Below are positions 49,741-64,000 of a DNA stretch of 64,000 nt, in pieces. Origin of the DNA: Thalia democratica (Eukaryota); the NCBI GenBank assembly GCA_965202585.1, contig OZ241833.1, positions 23,374,001 to 23,438,000 on the forward strand. The letters are read 5' to 3'. The position numbers and the translations under genes are program-made. Below the pieces are notes generated by a model, which made no database searches, had not been told where the DNA came from, and saw only the letters and a list, made by a program, of their open reading frames with translations. Within the stretch, counting starts at the first letter, position 1. Each line of letters opens with the position of its first letter.

Positions 49741-52700
49741 TTCTAGATTTTGAAAAATATTTAGTTAATTGAGTTTCAATAATTTGTCATTTATAAATTC
49801 AAAACACAATCTCTTGCTGTACTTTTATAAATATTTTTGTTGAAAAACTTTATTTTCATTGATTTTAAAAGTTTTTAATTATTTGTTTAGATTAAAAAAA
49901 ACCGCAATGACCTAGTACAGTTTAAGGTCACTCAAGATAGTTTCTTTTTTAATTAGGCTTGTAAGGATATCCTAATATTTTATTTTTCTTTTTTAGTTCT
50001 AATTCTGTTGTTTAAACTAAAATATTATAAAATAAACATTTTAAAAAATTTCATTTTTTTTTACTTGTTATGACACAACATGTTCAAAACTTCCACACCT
50101 ACTCCAGAAATCAGAACGCCTGACAATTCAGTAGAATAGGAGTGACCTCTGCTGAGAATTTTCCTTCCATGACTTATGAAGTAGTATTAATGCAGGTCAC
50201 TTACCTAAATATTAGGTAAAATTTTCTTTAGATAAATTAGAAATTTGTCAGTTGTTGTAGAACTTTAAAATTTGTAATTAAGGTGTTATTTATTATAAAA
50301 TATACTTATGATTTACTGAAACTAAGGTATTTCAGGGTAACTTAGACTAGTATTTAACTTTTTTTAGTAAAAACTAGGCTTGCTTAGATATCTTTTAAAA
50401 TCTCTAGCTATACTTTTTTAAATTTCAAAATCTCTTTATTTTATATGTTTTATTAAATCATTATGGTACTACTTACATATTTTTAGGTATTTGAGGTAAC
50501 TTTTTTGCTAGTTAGCAAATATTAATTGTGTTTTCCAATTTTTACATAAAATAAAAGTCATTTCGAGACTACCTTGATTAACTCAAAATAATCTTTAGTC
50601 ACCCAGGCTAGCTTTTTTTCTCAAAGAGTAGAAAACCCTAAAGTTTTATCAAATTTAAAGAAACAAATTTTAATTACAAGAAAATATTCTTATCTAATTA
50701 TTTAAAAATACACATATTACACACACTACATAGATGTATTTTTCATATATAACTTAAATATTCTAATACTAGTAATAGCTATTGTTATAAGCTTAAATCT
50801 TTAATTAAGTGTAAAATTAGTGCTTATTGTTAATTGAAAATTTTATTTAAACCAACTCTTCCAAGTCTTTTTGTAACATAGTAACATTATTTAACTTAAA
50901 ATAATTCTAAAATTAATTTAACTTTGGATTTTTTTTGATTTGAAATTAATGTTACGTGGAAATTAAGGGAAAGGTAAGCTTAAATATCTAATACAGTGTT
51001 ACCACACCTAGGATAATTTTTAAAATGCTCAGATTGACTCAAGTTTATTTTAAAGTCATTTGCAAAACTTAAGGTTAAAGGTATGTCAGGCTAGTTTTTT
51101 TGACATTAATCAAACTTCAAAAAAAAAAAAATTTTTCAATGTTTAGTATTTTGCCGTTTACAATAATAGTTATAAGTAACTTGTTTAAACATACATTTTT
51201 CAGTTTTTAGCTTTTGATTTAAAAATAATAATTTAAATATGACTAAGGCTTCTATTTAGCCTCTGAGAAAGAACTTTTTGCTTTACAATGTGTTAAGTCG
51301 TAATACTGTTTATTACTAAAAAAAACTTTTTAGTTACTTAAAAATTTGCTTATTTCATTATATAAAATGTATATAATTGTTTAATAATAATATAACAGTT
51401 GTCAGTTAAATAATTTTAGAGAGTTTTGCATGAGTATTGAGCTATAGTTCTAATAACAAAGCGCATAAATTTCTGCTGTATCCTTATATAGAAAATTAAA
51501 GTTATTTACGTGTTCCTACGACTAGCGGCGCAATTTGGGATGCATGGAAATTATTTTTCGCAGTTTAGTGTGCATGGATTTTTATCAGCTTGAAGATCAC
51601 TTGTTTAACTTAATGTTTTTGCTCTAATAAAAAATAAATTAACAAAACAAGTTATTAGAAAACTTGTATACTTAACATAATAAATTCCAAAAAGAGTATG
51701 CTGTCGAATCCTATCCCAATAACGTATCCAAACTTTTTTATGATAACGTCCAAGTTTTTAAATAATATTTAAAAAGGTTACCATTTAATCTACATGAGTA
51801 TCAGTGAAAAAGGCACTATCAGGTTCAATATTTAACATTTCTACTAATTTGGATTTTTGTTTTAAGATACAGTCGTAACGAAGTATACGGTATGTTTTTG
51901 AAGTATAACTATATTTTTGTCTTGTATACTTTTACAAAATAAAACTTTTGTTTCATTACTACATACTCTGATTTAACTATTGTAGTTTATTGCTATTTAA
52001 AAGGCTTATTTGTTTTAATCCTTAACATTTTTAGTAATGGTTTTTAAGTAAAAACTTAAATACGAACCCTTTTATAATTACAATTACAAACTACAAATTG
52101 TTTAATATTAGCCAGATGTTTCACAAAAGATACAGAACTAGAAAAAAACTCTTCATAGTTAGCATAGCGTTTGAAATAAAATAGTTTCTATAAATTTTAA
52201 ATCATTTAATACTTTTAATCGGTACAAGAACACGACGTGTTATTTTTTCAGTTAACATTAACAAAACTAAAACTGAAATTTATTATCTCTGATATAAACT
52301 TTTTTTTTAAAGTTTTTTGTAAAAAGTAAAGTTGTAAAAGATTAAACTGTTTTTTGTTATTGAAAAAATAAATCACCTTACATCAATTATATACAAAAAC
52401 AGCGAATGATTATCTGTGAAATTAACCAAAAAAGTAAATACAAGACGAAGTTCATAAATTAATAAATTTCTGAAAAAACAACTACTGAATTTTCCTCATA
52501 TAACTACTACTACTGTGAGATCTATGCTGGATAGCTTACAATAATTTCGAAGCAAATAGTTATTGAAATAAAAAGCTTTTAATAACAATACTTTTATTAA
52601 AGTCATTTTGAATAAACCTATTCACTGCTTTATATTTATTTTAACACAATTATACTAAACAAATTATTCAGTTTTACTACCCCTTTCTGTAGAAATGAAA

Positions 52701-52801
52701 TGAAGTCTTGTTCTATTTTAGTTCTAACTAGGTAACAATTTTGTTTAAATAATTTTTCTTTAAACAATTTTTCATGAACCAAGGCAAAAAATAGATTTTA
52801 A

Positions 52802-53506
52802 GGAACGGGTCAAAATTGCACGAAGAAAAATTGCACGAGAGCACCAAATTGCACGAAGATAATTTTGCACCAATGGTCAATTTTGCACGAGTTACAATTT
52901 TACACACAGGGTCATTTTTGCAAAAGAGTAAAAATAAAAATAGAAAAAAATACATAAAAAAACCAGAAAAAATAAACTAAAAGATAAAAAAAAAAAGTTA
53001 CTGACCGAGGGTAAGGGATAGGGGTAAGAGTAAAAATAAAAAGTAAAATTTAAATAATAAAAATTATTATTAAAAATACAAGATGAATAAATTAATAGAA
53101 ATAAATTAATTAAAAAAAAAAGCTACCAATTAAAGGTAAGGGGTAACAGTGATCGTAAAAAAAACAAATGATAAACTAAAAAAAATCTTAATTGTTAAAA
53201 TAAAAAATAATAATAACCAATAAATAAAAAAAAAAGAACTATTAACCGACCGAGGGTAAAGGTTAGGGGTAACAGTGATAGTACAGTTTAAAAAGAAAAT
53301 TAAAGTTAATAAAAAAAATCAACCCGTGCAAAAATGTCTTCGTGCAAAATTGTCTGCTCGTGCAAAAGTGTCTTCGTGTAATTTTATCTTTGTGCAATTT
53401 TGTCCCCTCGAGCAAAAGTGTCTTAGTATCTTCGTGCAATTTTGTCCCTCGTAAAATTTTGTCCACTCGTGCAGTTTTATACGCTTGTGCAATTTTGACA
53501 GCTACC
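52802..53506. mobile_element. Foldback-like MITE with repetitive TIR arms
   Basis: The left arm GGAACGGGTCAAAATTGCACGAAG has AAATTGCACGA repeats; the right arm has inverse TCGTGCAATTT repeats ending GCAATTTTGACAGCTACC. The core is AT-rich with GGGTAAGGG tracts. TTAA on the left flank only, so the superfamily is unresolved. Confidence 0.75.
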
Positions 53507-56500
53507 TATGTTTTTTTTACTAATTTGTTTTAATTTTTAACGTTTTCAGTGGTTTCATTTATTATTAATGTAAATTTATTGTTCTACCGTGAACCCAGGC
53601 ATCAAAGCCTCGGCCACTTACACTTAATAATGCATAAGGTAGAGACAAAAAAGTATAACAAAAAAATGATACTTTTAAAATTAAAAACAGCAAATAAACA
53701 AATTAAAAACTTTTAGATTATCACAAAATAAAGTTGAAAACATAAAACTTATACGAAGCATCAAACAAGAAAAACTTAAATGCATTGACTAACCATAAAA
53801 TTTAATGCCCCAACCCCAAGCACACTAATAAAAAACAAAACAGAGAAATGTTTATCGACTACATTGATAAAGGACTCGTTACTCATATAGAAAAGGCGCT
53901 GTGAACAAATTAAATCAAACTACAGATCTAACCAAATTTTACAAGTTAAGTAAACGGTTATTAAAGCAAAAAGCAACTTACTTATGAGAATTTTTAGACA
54001 AAAGTTTTTATTTAAAATATTTTTTTATCTGTAATTGATACTGTTCCACTTTATTTCGGGAAACTAGCTCGTTTGAAAGGCTGTTCCACAGGTCAACTGA
54101 AGGATAAAAAAAAAGAATCATGCCAACAATGTTTTATTTTGCAGGTATTTTTTTTAGTACCTCTCAGAATATAACTATTTTTATAAGATATATCAAAGTA
54201 TAAAGTTCAAAAGTATATATCAAATTAATTGTAGTTTTACCATTAACTAGTTCAAAAAATTAATGAAGTCAAACTAATTTCTTCTATATTCTAAGGATTT
54301 AATATTAATTCTTGTTAGTCTATCACAGTAAGACGTATGAGAAATGTTCAAGCGGTAGAAGATTATTCTTCTAAGTTTTTTTAAACATATTCTTTATGGT
54401 CAGTATGGAGATTGGTGATTTATATTCCAACTTAGGACGAATGTATAAGATAAAAAACAAGAGTTTCTACTGTTTAAGTCAAAAAAACTACCCTGAGTGA
54501 CTAAAAGCTGCCCTAAGTAACCTTAAACTACCATAAGATTTTTTTATGTCCCTAAAAAAAATATTTTGACATTCGCGCAAACTACTAATACCTAATGCTT
54601 ATTTTCTTCTTAATAATTAAAAGTAAGTTTGCATGTGTATGCTTCTGCGTTAGATGTTTACTAAACTTATGAGAAATGTTTTTTTAAGTATTCACCATTT
54701 AAATTTGAAATCAATTGAGATTGAAAAACAAAAATTATAAATAATTTCATGTACTATATTAGTAATCCTTATATACAACAGAAAATTATTTGATTTTTTT
54801 TTTGATATTTTAGTTGACTAACACAAATCTTACCACACAATTTAATCACTTGCATGAACAAAGTCAAATCATAATAAGTATTATTTTAGATTTAGATATA
54901 AAACAAAAACTACAATTTGATTTCTAAGATTAATGAAAAACTATCAACATGGCTAAAATTTCTAAATAAGCGTTTCAAAATCAATAAAAAAAAAATCTTG
55001 AATTGGCTATATAAAATAACAATAACTCAACTAAATTTCATTCTAGATCTAAAAGAAAATATGTCCAGAGATTTAAATTTTTTTTATACCTATCCTGAGA
55101 CTTTTATAAAAAATCAAAACTGTTCTGAGTCATCCTAAGTTAAAAAAAATACCCTGAATTTTCCTAATTTTTTCTATAATTTCAAAACATCTTGAGTTTT
55201 TTCAGAGTCTCCTAAGTACCCTGATTGTGGCACTAAAACTTGTAAAACTTAGGAAGGAAGTTTATATCCTTAATTTAAAACTCTTAAAAGCTTAAAAGTA
55301 CATAGTTGATGCAATTTTGTAAAGGTAATTAATATGGTGGTTATATTTTAAACTTTCAGCCATAAAAATTCTAAGATTTTTAAACACTTTTATCAAATAG
55401 AAGTTTATATTATTTATTTTGAAGTCAAATGTTTAGGTATAAATTAAATTTTATAGTCATTAAAGGTTTACCAAATGAAAACTTTTAATACTACTTTTAA
55501 TACTGTTTTAATACTATTAACTAATAATTTTAAAGCTTATGACCTCCAAATATCACTGCAAAATTTTATTAAGGTTTATTCTTTTAAATTTAAATAATGT
55601 TGTTTTTAGTTTTTTCTTATTTTTATTCTTTAAATAAAAATATATAGTATATTGTATAGAGTATATGATAGATGTAATAAAAAGTGTGAAATAAAAGTGC
55701 TAAACAAATAAAACATTTCGAACAATTAAACATAAAACAACAGAAGAAAATAGTTTTTACAAACTTCAACATTTATAACCGATTTTTTTTTAATTTCAAA
55801 AGTATGATTAGTTATATATTTTTTAATCATACTTGAGCAGAAAATTTTTGGAAGTTCTTCGACTGTAAATGCTCAATTTTTATTGATCATGAAATAATTT
55901 TGAAGTTTTGCAAAGTTTATTAAGTACTATCAACTTTTTTGGTTTCTGTATCTTATGTCCAAGGAACTATTTTCTAATAATTTTCTACTATGCATATTTT
56001 GTAGAAAAACTGGAACTTTTACATTTAAGTGTTATTTGTTACCAAGTTTTTGTTTAGTATTTTTTGCTGAAATCTTTCAAGTGTTTAGATTAGTCTGACT
56101 TTAGATAACAAATCTTTAAATATTAATAATTATTGCACCAGTTGGTGTATAACTTAAATTGATTATTAAGTACATCGTTATTGTAAGTTGCCACTAATAT
56201 TTTTTTAGCCACAATGTCTTCAGCAAAGTAGTTAGTCTATATTTTAGTACACATATTCTTTTAAATGATTAATTTTTTAATATTGCGGATTACTTTAGAT
56301 ATTTAACCAGATGTCTTTAGTTTATATTTATAATACTCAACTTATGTTTTCTTAATTTAGCTTCTCTACCATGGTTATTTTAACCCAGTAGTATGCTACT
56401 GAAGAACTAAACAAATTCAGATCGAAAAAATATTGGATATAACTTGATAACTAGTTGTGTTTTTTACATTTAATGTCGTAAACTAAAAAAATTTTAGACT

Positions 56501-56900
56501 TAATTTATGCGAAACCTGATTTTAGTAATCCATGAAACACCAAAATAGTTGACTTATTTTAAATTTCAATAAATAAAGTTTTGAATTAAGTTGTTTTTAA
56601 ATACAAATAATTTTTTTTTATGGTTATTTAAAATAACTTATAAAGTTTATCATGAATGAAAGCCACAACAGCATTAACATTTCAATAAAACTTAGTTTTA
56701 GAATAAATATAGTATAAATCTTTTATATAGCTACTGAAATTTTGGAGTACTTCTACCATAATAAAGCTTATATTTTTTGTTTAATGTTATACTTAAATTA
56801 TATTATTATTATTTTCAAGTATTTAAAAACAGCAACTTTAGTTTATTCTAATTATGGACGCTAAATTTTTAGCATTATTTGTCATATACCTTCCCTAAAT

Positions 56901-59122
56901 CAGGGGTCAGCAAACTGAGGCCCGCGAGCACGTTTTTATTTTGAACGGAATGAAGGCCTCGAAAGAAACATCTGCGGCCCGAGACCATGTAAATGTGGCC
57001 CGCGGAAGAAAACTTTTTCTAAGTCGATTTTTTTTTTCGGTAAAATAATGTATTTGATTATTTTTTTTCAAGTCACTGGAAAATGTTTATGACCCATTAA
57101 AAAATGTACTGCTTAGGCTTTAAAAAAACAGATTGGTTTTCTTGCAGTATTTTTTTTCAGTTTAGATTCTAACTTCCTTCTTTCAACAGCAACTGATGAA
57201 CTAAAAATAAGTTTTAAAAGTACTTGGATTCTGTAAGTTATTTATAAAATAAATGTTAAACAATTTGACTAAATGCGAATGTTTTCTGTTTCGTACAACA
57301 GTAATGAACTACAATTTGATTTATTTAAAACTTAGGTGTTTTGTTTAGCATGTAGTTTATACATGAGTTTTTATAATAGATATTTCCACTATGTATTATA
57401 ATTAAATGTACACAGAAACGTTAACAATATCATAATAAAAAGACAAGTAAAATTGTTTGTATCTTGAGTCGTTTTGATTTTTTTACATAAGTTTTCTGTG
57501 CAATTTAAATTAATTTTTATGCACACTAAGGTGCTTATAAATACGTTGACCTTTGAGTTTTCAGCTAATTTTTTTAGGGGTAACTACCACAAAAACACCC
57601 TGTAAAATTCGAGATGATTTGAAAAAAGTTTCATCTTGGCGGAATTCGATTTTCTAAAAACGACCCCAATGCAAACTATGTAGGACCCAACAATGCGACC
57701 ATAGAGTTTTTAGTTGGTTTTTTTAATGTGGCAACTATAACTTGTGCCCAATTTAAGACATTTAAAAAAAAAGTTTTATAGTGGCACTTCTTGATTTAAA
57801 AAAGAATCAGTTGAATTCTTTTTTAATTCTAAAATCTCCGACTAGGTTTTGATCATCAGAATGACTTTCTTGCTTTGAAGATTGGCAAAGAAAACTTATG
57901 AAGTATGTCTTTTTCAAATTATAGTTTTAACTATATTTAAAAATTTAAGTCCTGAAGGTGCTAGATATTTAAATAATATTTATAATAATTGTATACATAT
58001 AAGTTTAAAAAACGCACACCGGCTTTATAGGCAACTGCATTTAAGCCTGAAAACTTTTTTTTGAAGTATTTAATAAACCCAGGCTGATTCAAGCTTGGTT
58101 TTAGTCACAAAGACTAATTTTCCTTTGCCTTAAAAAATTGTAGGCCCTGATCCTTTTAAGCTTGAAAAGTAATTTAAGCATACTATTCTAAATTCAAACT
58201 TTATTTTAAAGAACAACGCTGTTCTTAACAATACCTTGCTTTTTAATAAAAGTATACGAAACTACTTTTACTAAGAATAAGAATACATAATAACACAGTA
58301 TTAATGACCTGTTTTTGTGTTTACATTCTTCCTAATGGTTAAAAATAGCACAAAAAAAATGTTTATTTATTTTACATATACCATGGTTACCACACAGGAA
58401 AAACGAGCTTTCACAAAATAAATCAGTAAAAAAAAGATGATAAAATATAAAAATCAAGCTGTTTGTTATTTTTGGTTAAATTAAGATTAACACATTTTTT
58501 AACTTTTATTTTTCTTTATCGTTGTGTTAAAATTATTTTTGTTTAGTCTAACTGTTTAATAGATTTAAAATTTAATAAAAGTTTTTAAATTGCCTTACAC
58601 TTATAAATTCTCAGACTTCTGTTAAATTTTGTAAACACCAGGCTAACTTATACCATTTTAAAGTTTTTTGTGAAAGATTCAGGCTGTTTTACTATTTTTA
58701 CTTAGATGAAATGAACAAAATCAGTTTTTAACTGATTGGTTACTAGGAGTTTAAAACAAATCATGCTTTTGTCTTTCTTTAGTTAATAAAGCATTAATAT
58801 TTGTCATAGAGTGGCCACGTAGTATTAAATTTATTAAGTTTTCAAAGTAGTAAATAGTTTATTACGACTAAAGTATATTAGTCAAAGTAAATTTTATTCA
58901 ATAAATATGTATAATTTAAAAATGCCTTCTGTGTATAGCTAAAAATCGTTTTAATCAATAAAGTAAATAAAAATAATATCTTGAATAAAACTAAAACAAT
59001 GTTTTATTAAGTGTGACTAAACCTAAAAACTATTAAAAAGTGACTAAAACTAAAACTTCGGCCCGCGATGATTTTGAAACTTGAAATTTAGCCCGTGAGC
59101 ACCAATTGCCTGCCGACCCCTG
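56901..59122. mobile_element. Non-autonomous hAT (Charlie/MER58-like) element, 2222 bp
   Basis: TIRs CAGGGGTCAGCAAAC / GCCTGCCGACCCCTG, subterminal GGCCCGCG repeats, and 8-bp TSD CCCTAAAT (56893-56900) / CCCTAAAG (59123-59130). Confidence 0.85.
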
Positions 59123-60350
59123 CCCTAAAGTAAGCCAAATTTGGAATCTTTAAAAATTTACTAAAATAGTCAAACGAAAACTTTAATCTACAATTTTAAA
59201 TTAAATATATTTCAATCTTTTATTGTACTTGTAACAGTAATTAATCTTAACAATTTAATCTTAATAATTAATCATTTACATTCAACACTCATTGACTGTT
59301 TTTTTTTTATGGCACTTCTACAATTGTAAATAAATAAATCAAGACCTTTTACCAGAACATAAGTTTTCAATAAGAAATAGATTTTTTTTGTAACAACCTA
59401 ATTAGTTTGTAGTAAACTATTTCTATACATTTATTTAAATAAAGTGATAAATTGTTGGTGAAAAATATATAACAAAAGAAGATAAATATTATAACACAAA
59501 AAAATATGTTCTAAAAATAGGAGTATTGTGTATAAAATTATATAAAAACTGAAAAAAGCAATTAAAAAATAAATGGATTAAGAAAATTTACAAAAAAATA
59601 ACTTCATTTACTAAAACAAATGAAAGGGTAGAAATACATAAGTTATGAATGTATACAAATTAAAAAGCAGAAAAATTTTATATACACTCTGTACTACATT
59701 GTCGTGGCATAAAATAATAAAAATAAAAATATTTATGTAAAAATTACAATTAAAATAAAAAATGTACAAAGTATTATATTTGCCTATAAATTAAAAAAAA
59801 CAGTAAATTTTTTTATGGTTTTAACTAAACATTTTAATAAAAATAAGTACCATTAGATTTAGAATATTTATAACAATTAAGTTAATACAAGTATTTGTTG
59901 TTAGTAAAGAAACTTTTAGAAATAACTTTAATATGAATATTAAATTAGAAGAAAATCAATACAAGTACTATAACAGGTATGAATTATTTTAGATGACAAA
60001 CGTCTAAAAACTTTTAAATATGAAAAATATCGAAAACTGCATTTCTTTGAGAAAACTTTTTATTTATGCTTCCATACGTTTTTATTAGATTTTTTTTTTG
60101 AATAGAAAGTTTTTATTCATTTTAAGAAAAATTTACATTTTTTTTGTTAAAAAAAGACTGAAACAAAAAAGCTTCAAAAAGTTTGATGATTTTCGATTTT
60201 TTTGCTACAACTTTTATATTAAAAACAAAAAATAAATAAATACTGTACATAACACTTTTGCATTAATTACAATCGTTATTATAAACAATTATTTAAACAT
60301 TAAGTCATACTAACCATAATAAAAGCATACACACATACCCCAGCATCTTT

Positions 60351-63300
60351 TTACTTGGCTCCTTTTAGGGCAATCCCCATTTTCTCCAGGTACCTGCCGT
60401 GGTTGACCTTGGCCGCCAGCAGCCCGCCCTCGTTCTTCACGTTGCCAGGCGAGTAGTCGATGGTCTGCCCGTCCAGGGTGGTCATGGACCCGCCCGTAGC
60501 GTCCAAGATGGCGTTGCCCGAGCAGATGTCCCACTTCTTGATGAGGGTGGTGTGCACGTACACTGTGGCGCTTCCGTCGTACAACGCCAGTGTTTTGTAT
60601 CCTGGTGAGTTTGAATTTCTTTGTCAGATTTAATTTAAGAAAAAAGTTGAGTATTTTTGAGTAACGGTGCAAGTTATTTTAATTCTAAAAAAATTGTATT
60701 TTGTCTTTTATAGAACGATAAAATATTTTCAAGGCTTTCAAATACAACGCAAGCGCTTTGTAGCCTGTTGGAGACAGATTTGTTTGGAAAAGAAAAAAAT
60801 GGTAACTTTGATAAGAAAAATAATACTTGTTAAGCAGCAACACTATCTTTTGGTTAATAGTGCAAGTTTTGATTTTTAAAATTTTACTGAACTTTTATTA
60901 GAATAAATAAAATACTTATAAGGTTTGATCATTTAAAATACTCAAATAAAATAAAAATAAATACTAATTTTTAACTTAATTAAAGCAAAACGACTTTGGT
61001 TCGTTAAACTGCTTGAATAGATTTTTTTAAAGTAATGTCATAAATTTTACAGTGATACTTATAAATTAAGCCTTAAAAAATCGTTATTTGAAAGCTTCAA
61101 ATATATCAGTGTATATACTAATAGTATTAATGTCTATAAATATAGATTTTAATACGTTGAATAGATAACTTTACGAAACAAAACTTAATTTGTCACGTAC
61201 TTTTCTAGAGTTGTTTATACTAGTTATCCAAGCCATATAAGTTTTAGAAATAGTGACTAAAAGAAGTATTATGTTAAAAATAAAATTTCAATTGTTTAGT
61301 TTTTTTATTCGATAAGGATATTACTTACTCATTCAGTTTAACATTTAATTTTCAAAACAAACTTGTTAAGCATCATTGAAAAACAATATTACTATACAAT
61401 TTAGTCTTATAACTACTTACAAGGCAACAATTTTTTACATAACAAATATTTGTAGTCGAAATTCTATAGGCTATTTATTATCGAAACATTTTCTATTCAT
61501 CATTTACAACTTACACGTGTTTCGTTTAAATAAATTGCGATTTCGTATTTTAATACGTGTTGCTTTTATTCTTTTCAAAACTCACAAGACAAGTTTGCCA
61601 ATTTCAAGCTCATAGTATTTTACATTGCTGTTTCGAGTTTCATTAAACATTTCTTTACAGATAAAATATTAGTAAGAAAGATAATACTTCTTTACTTTTA
61701 ATTTATTTTTGTATTTTTACGTTTTTTAAACTTATTACAAAAATTGTATTGAGTTTTCCATTAAGCATAAGTAGATATCAGCAAACTATTTAAATATATG
61801 ACTCTAAGTCCGTATTTAAATATTACTAAGAAAACAAATACTATAGTAAATAATTAATTGTTTTAATTTTTTAAAGTTTGCAGAAGTTAAACAGTTGGCT
61901 CAGTAAAACAGATGATTGATTTGATCAAGAAAATTTTTATAAAAAAGTTTTACAACTGGTTTGCATCAGAATATAATATTTCTTACACTTAAACTAACAG
62001 TAGGACTTGAAAATCTGAGGTAAGAAAATCTTCAAATTAAAAAGGAAAGATAATACTGCTTTGTATCTATATCAAACAGGTTTCTTCTCACCAATTATGG
62101 TTATATCAATTGTAATAAACTAAAAATATTTAGTGTAAGAAAAGTTTTATATACATCAGGAAAAACAAAACTGCGTTGTAATAATAATAATAAAATAAGT
62201 TTCATCTTACCAGCGCCACCAGCAGGTGTGACTTGTGCCTGTTCACCAAACGCGTCTTTGACCACTTTCTCCACTGAACCGGCGTGCGACCTGGAAACTA
62301 TCACCTGTTCTCCACTGGGTGGCGTTTGGTACTCCACATTGGTACCGTGGCCTACCCAAGCCCAAGCTAGGGTTAAATAGTTATGTTAGATATTTAATGG
62401 AAGTTTTGTAAAATTTTATGGGTAAATAAAATAACAAATATTGTGTTGATGACATCTGTAAGTGTTCAAATAATTGTAATTTTTTTAACAAATCAAAATT
62501 AACAGGACATCATGTCAGGTGAAGATTTTTTTTTAGTGTAAAGTTAATCTTTTAAATTTTTAGAATCAAACTTTTAATAAAAATTTCCATACTGCTGACA
62601 TTAAATTTAGTAAATAGATTTGAAGTTTTCTATAAATCTATCATTTTGTTAATAAAATTAAAATTTCAAAGCTCCACTAATTTACAAAGCAAGCATTTTT
62701 TTAACTTATCCAAAAAAAAATTAGGTCTTGGGAAAAACTACATCACTAATTTTAAATAAATACTGAGTATATTTTTGTTACTTCTTTGCTAGAAGAAAAA
62801 TATAAAAATGGAATTATATTTCAAAAACCAACCAAATTCAAGATCTTGTTCTACAACTTACTTAAAACTTTATCAATAAAACAAAGTATACTTGTTTTTA
62901 CTTTTTTTAGTACAACATTTTTTTTTAATATTTAGTTAACCCAAAAAGTAACGAAATAAAAATAAGATAGATGTCATAAGATTTTACCATTTATGAATAC
63001 ATTAAAGAGCTTTTGTTAAAAACTGCAGTAAAGGTTCAACAATACTGCTTTTGTTGCAACGTATACTTAACTTTCAAACACAAAATTTTGACGTTTTAAA
63101 AAAATTTTTTGCTTTCCTCAGTGTTTCTCATTCTATAACTATTAGTATTTATGAGATTTAGCTTTTTTAAATTGTAATTTCGAATTTAACCGAAAATAAT
63201 ACTTGTATCTAATAATACTAAATAGATAAGTATTCAAGATGACAACTCAAGTTAAGCACTTGAACGTTTTCTTATGTAAACTGATCAGGAGCCTTAGGCT

Positions 63301-63607
63301 GTACAAAACATTTAACGCGATTAACCAGTTTCATAAGTTTAATATCAACTATTGTCTACATGATATATTTGCTTGGATAAATTTACTTAAACTAAATCAA
63401 AATAAAATATACTTGACCAAAACAGTTGTTCACGTGTGTTCGCCTATACATTTTTTAAACACTGTAAATAAATGTTAACTGAAATTTAATTAAAAGAAAA
63501 GTCAAACCAACCAGTTTCACCGGTGAATGGTTTGTGAATGACACCGATGATCGGTTTTCCTTCCACTGCGATGCACACCATTGTTGTGACGTACTCACGT
63601 AAATTTT
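60351..63607 (-). CDS. IMPAD1: Golgi 3'-phosphoadenosine 5'-phosphate phosphatase (IMPAD1/BPNT2, gPAPP), 3' part; exons 63607-63512, 62366-62211, 60601-60351
   Basis: Spliced peptide [31 protein letters not shown]|AWAWVG...VIVSRSHAG...VTPAGGA|GYKTLAL...[30 protein letters not shown]...EGGLLA matches IMPAD1. Phases 1/1/1 are consistent. The 5' exons lie beyond the window. Confidence 0.93.
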
Positions 63608-64000
63608 CTGCGTAAAAGTTACAATGCTACTTGCTATACAAACAAATTGTGTCTTTGAAAAATTTACAAAGCCTATACACCTACTAAGTCAACACGCTAT
63701 TTCTAAGAATTGAGTTTTGATATTTACAGCTTCTTTAAAACAAACTGTTACTTTTTTAGTAAATACTTTGGTAAAAAATTTATATAAGTATAATTAATAA
63801 TAAAAACATATAAGTCAATGTAAAATTATAAATATGTAGAAAACACTAGTTGATTTATTTTTTTTAGTTTAAAAATAAATCTAGCTAAAAAGTTTCTATT
63901 CATTTTGTAGATTTTCTCGAGTCTTCCTATTTTTATTCATATTATTTTTTAAGCGTACTCTCTAACAAAGTTTCTAACATTGGTGGATATATTTAGTCGA

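Noticed and set aside
52728-53533. Three short Cys/Lys-rich ORFs
   Set aside because: Artefacts of the MITE arm repeats.
60310-60672. ORFs 60310-60672 (-) and 60399-60608 (+)
   Set aside because: Alternate-frame or antisense shadows of the IMPAD1 last exon.

Overview
Very AT-rich (roughly one quarter GC by eye) genomic DNA with spliceosomal GT-AG introns, standard genetic code and many DNA-transposon relics; most likely an invertebrate animal. I reconstructed three conserved genes by hand with consistent exon phases: UXS1 (7 coding exons, 36321-42410, +, 403 aa), prefoldin subunit 2 (3 exons, 44039-47088, +, 135 aa) and the last three exons of IMPAD1/BPNT2 (63607-60351, -). There is also an unrecognised spliced gene on the minus strand (core exons 15058-14217, possibly a BPI/LBP/TULIP-fold protein) and a decayed, apparently intronless ZNF598 copy. 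Mobile DNA includes a 5.3-kb Mutator-like element with 9-bp TSD that carries two inverted copies of a vertnin-like OTU ORF and a transposase fragment, two hAT elements with 8-bp TSDs (one composite), a CAGGG-ended MITE family with 6-bp TSDs, and several other MITEs and tandem repeats. I could not establish a clearly new biological system. The strongest leads are the inverted OTU-MULE, the cryptic gene, the 5'-to-3' GC/CpG gradient within UXS1 and the high frequency of GTT splice donors. Family assignments come from recalled motifs, not database searches.
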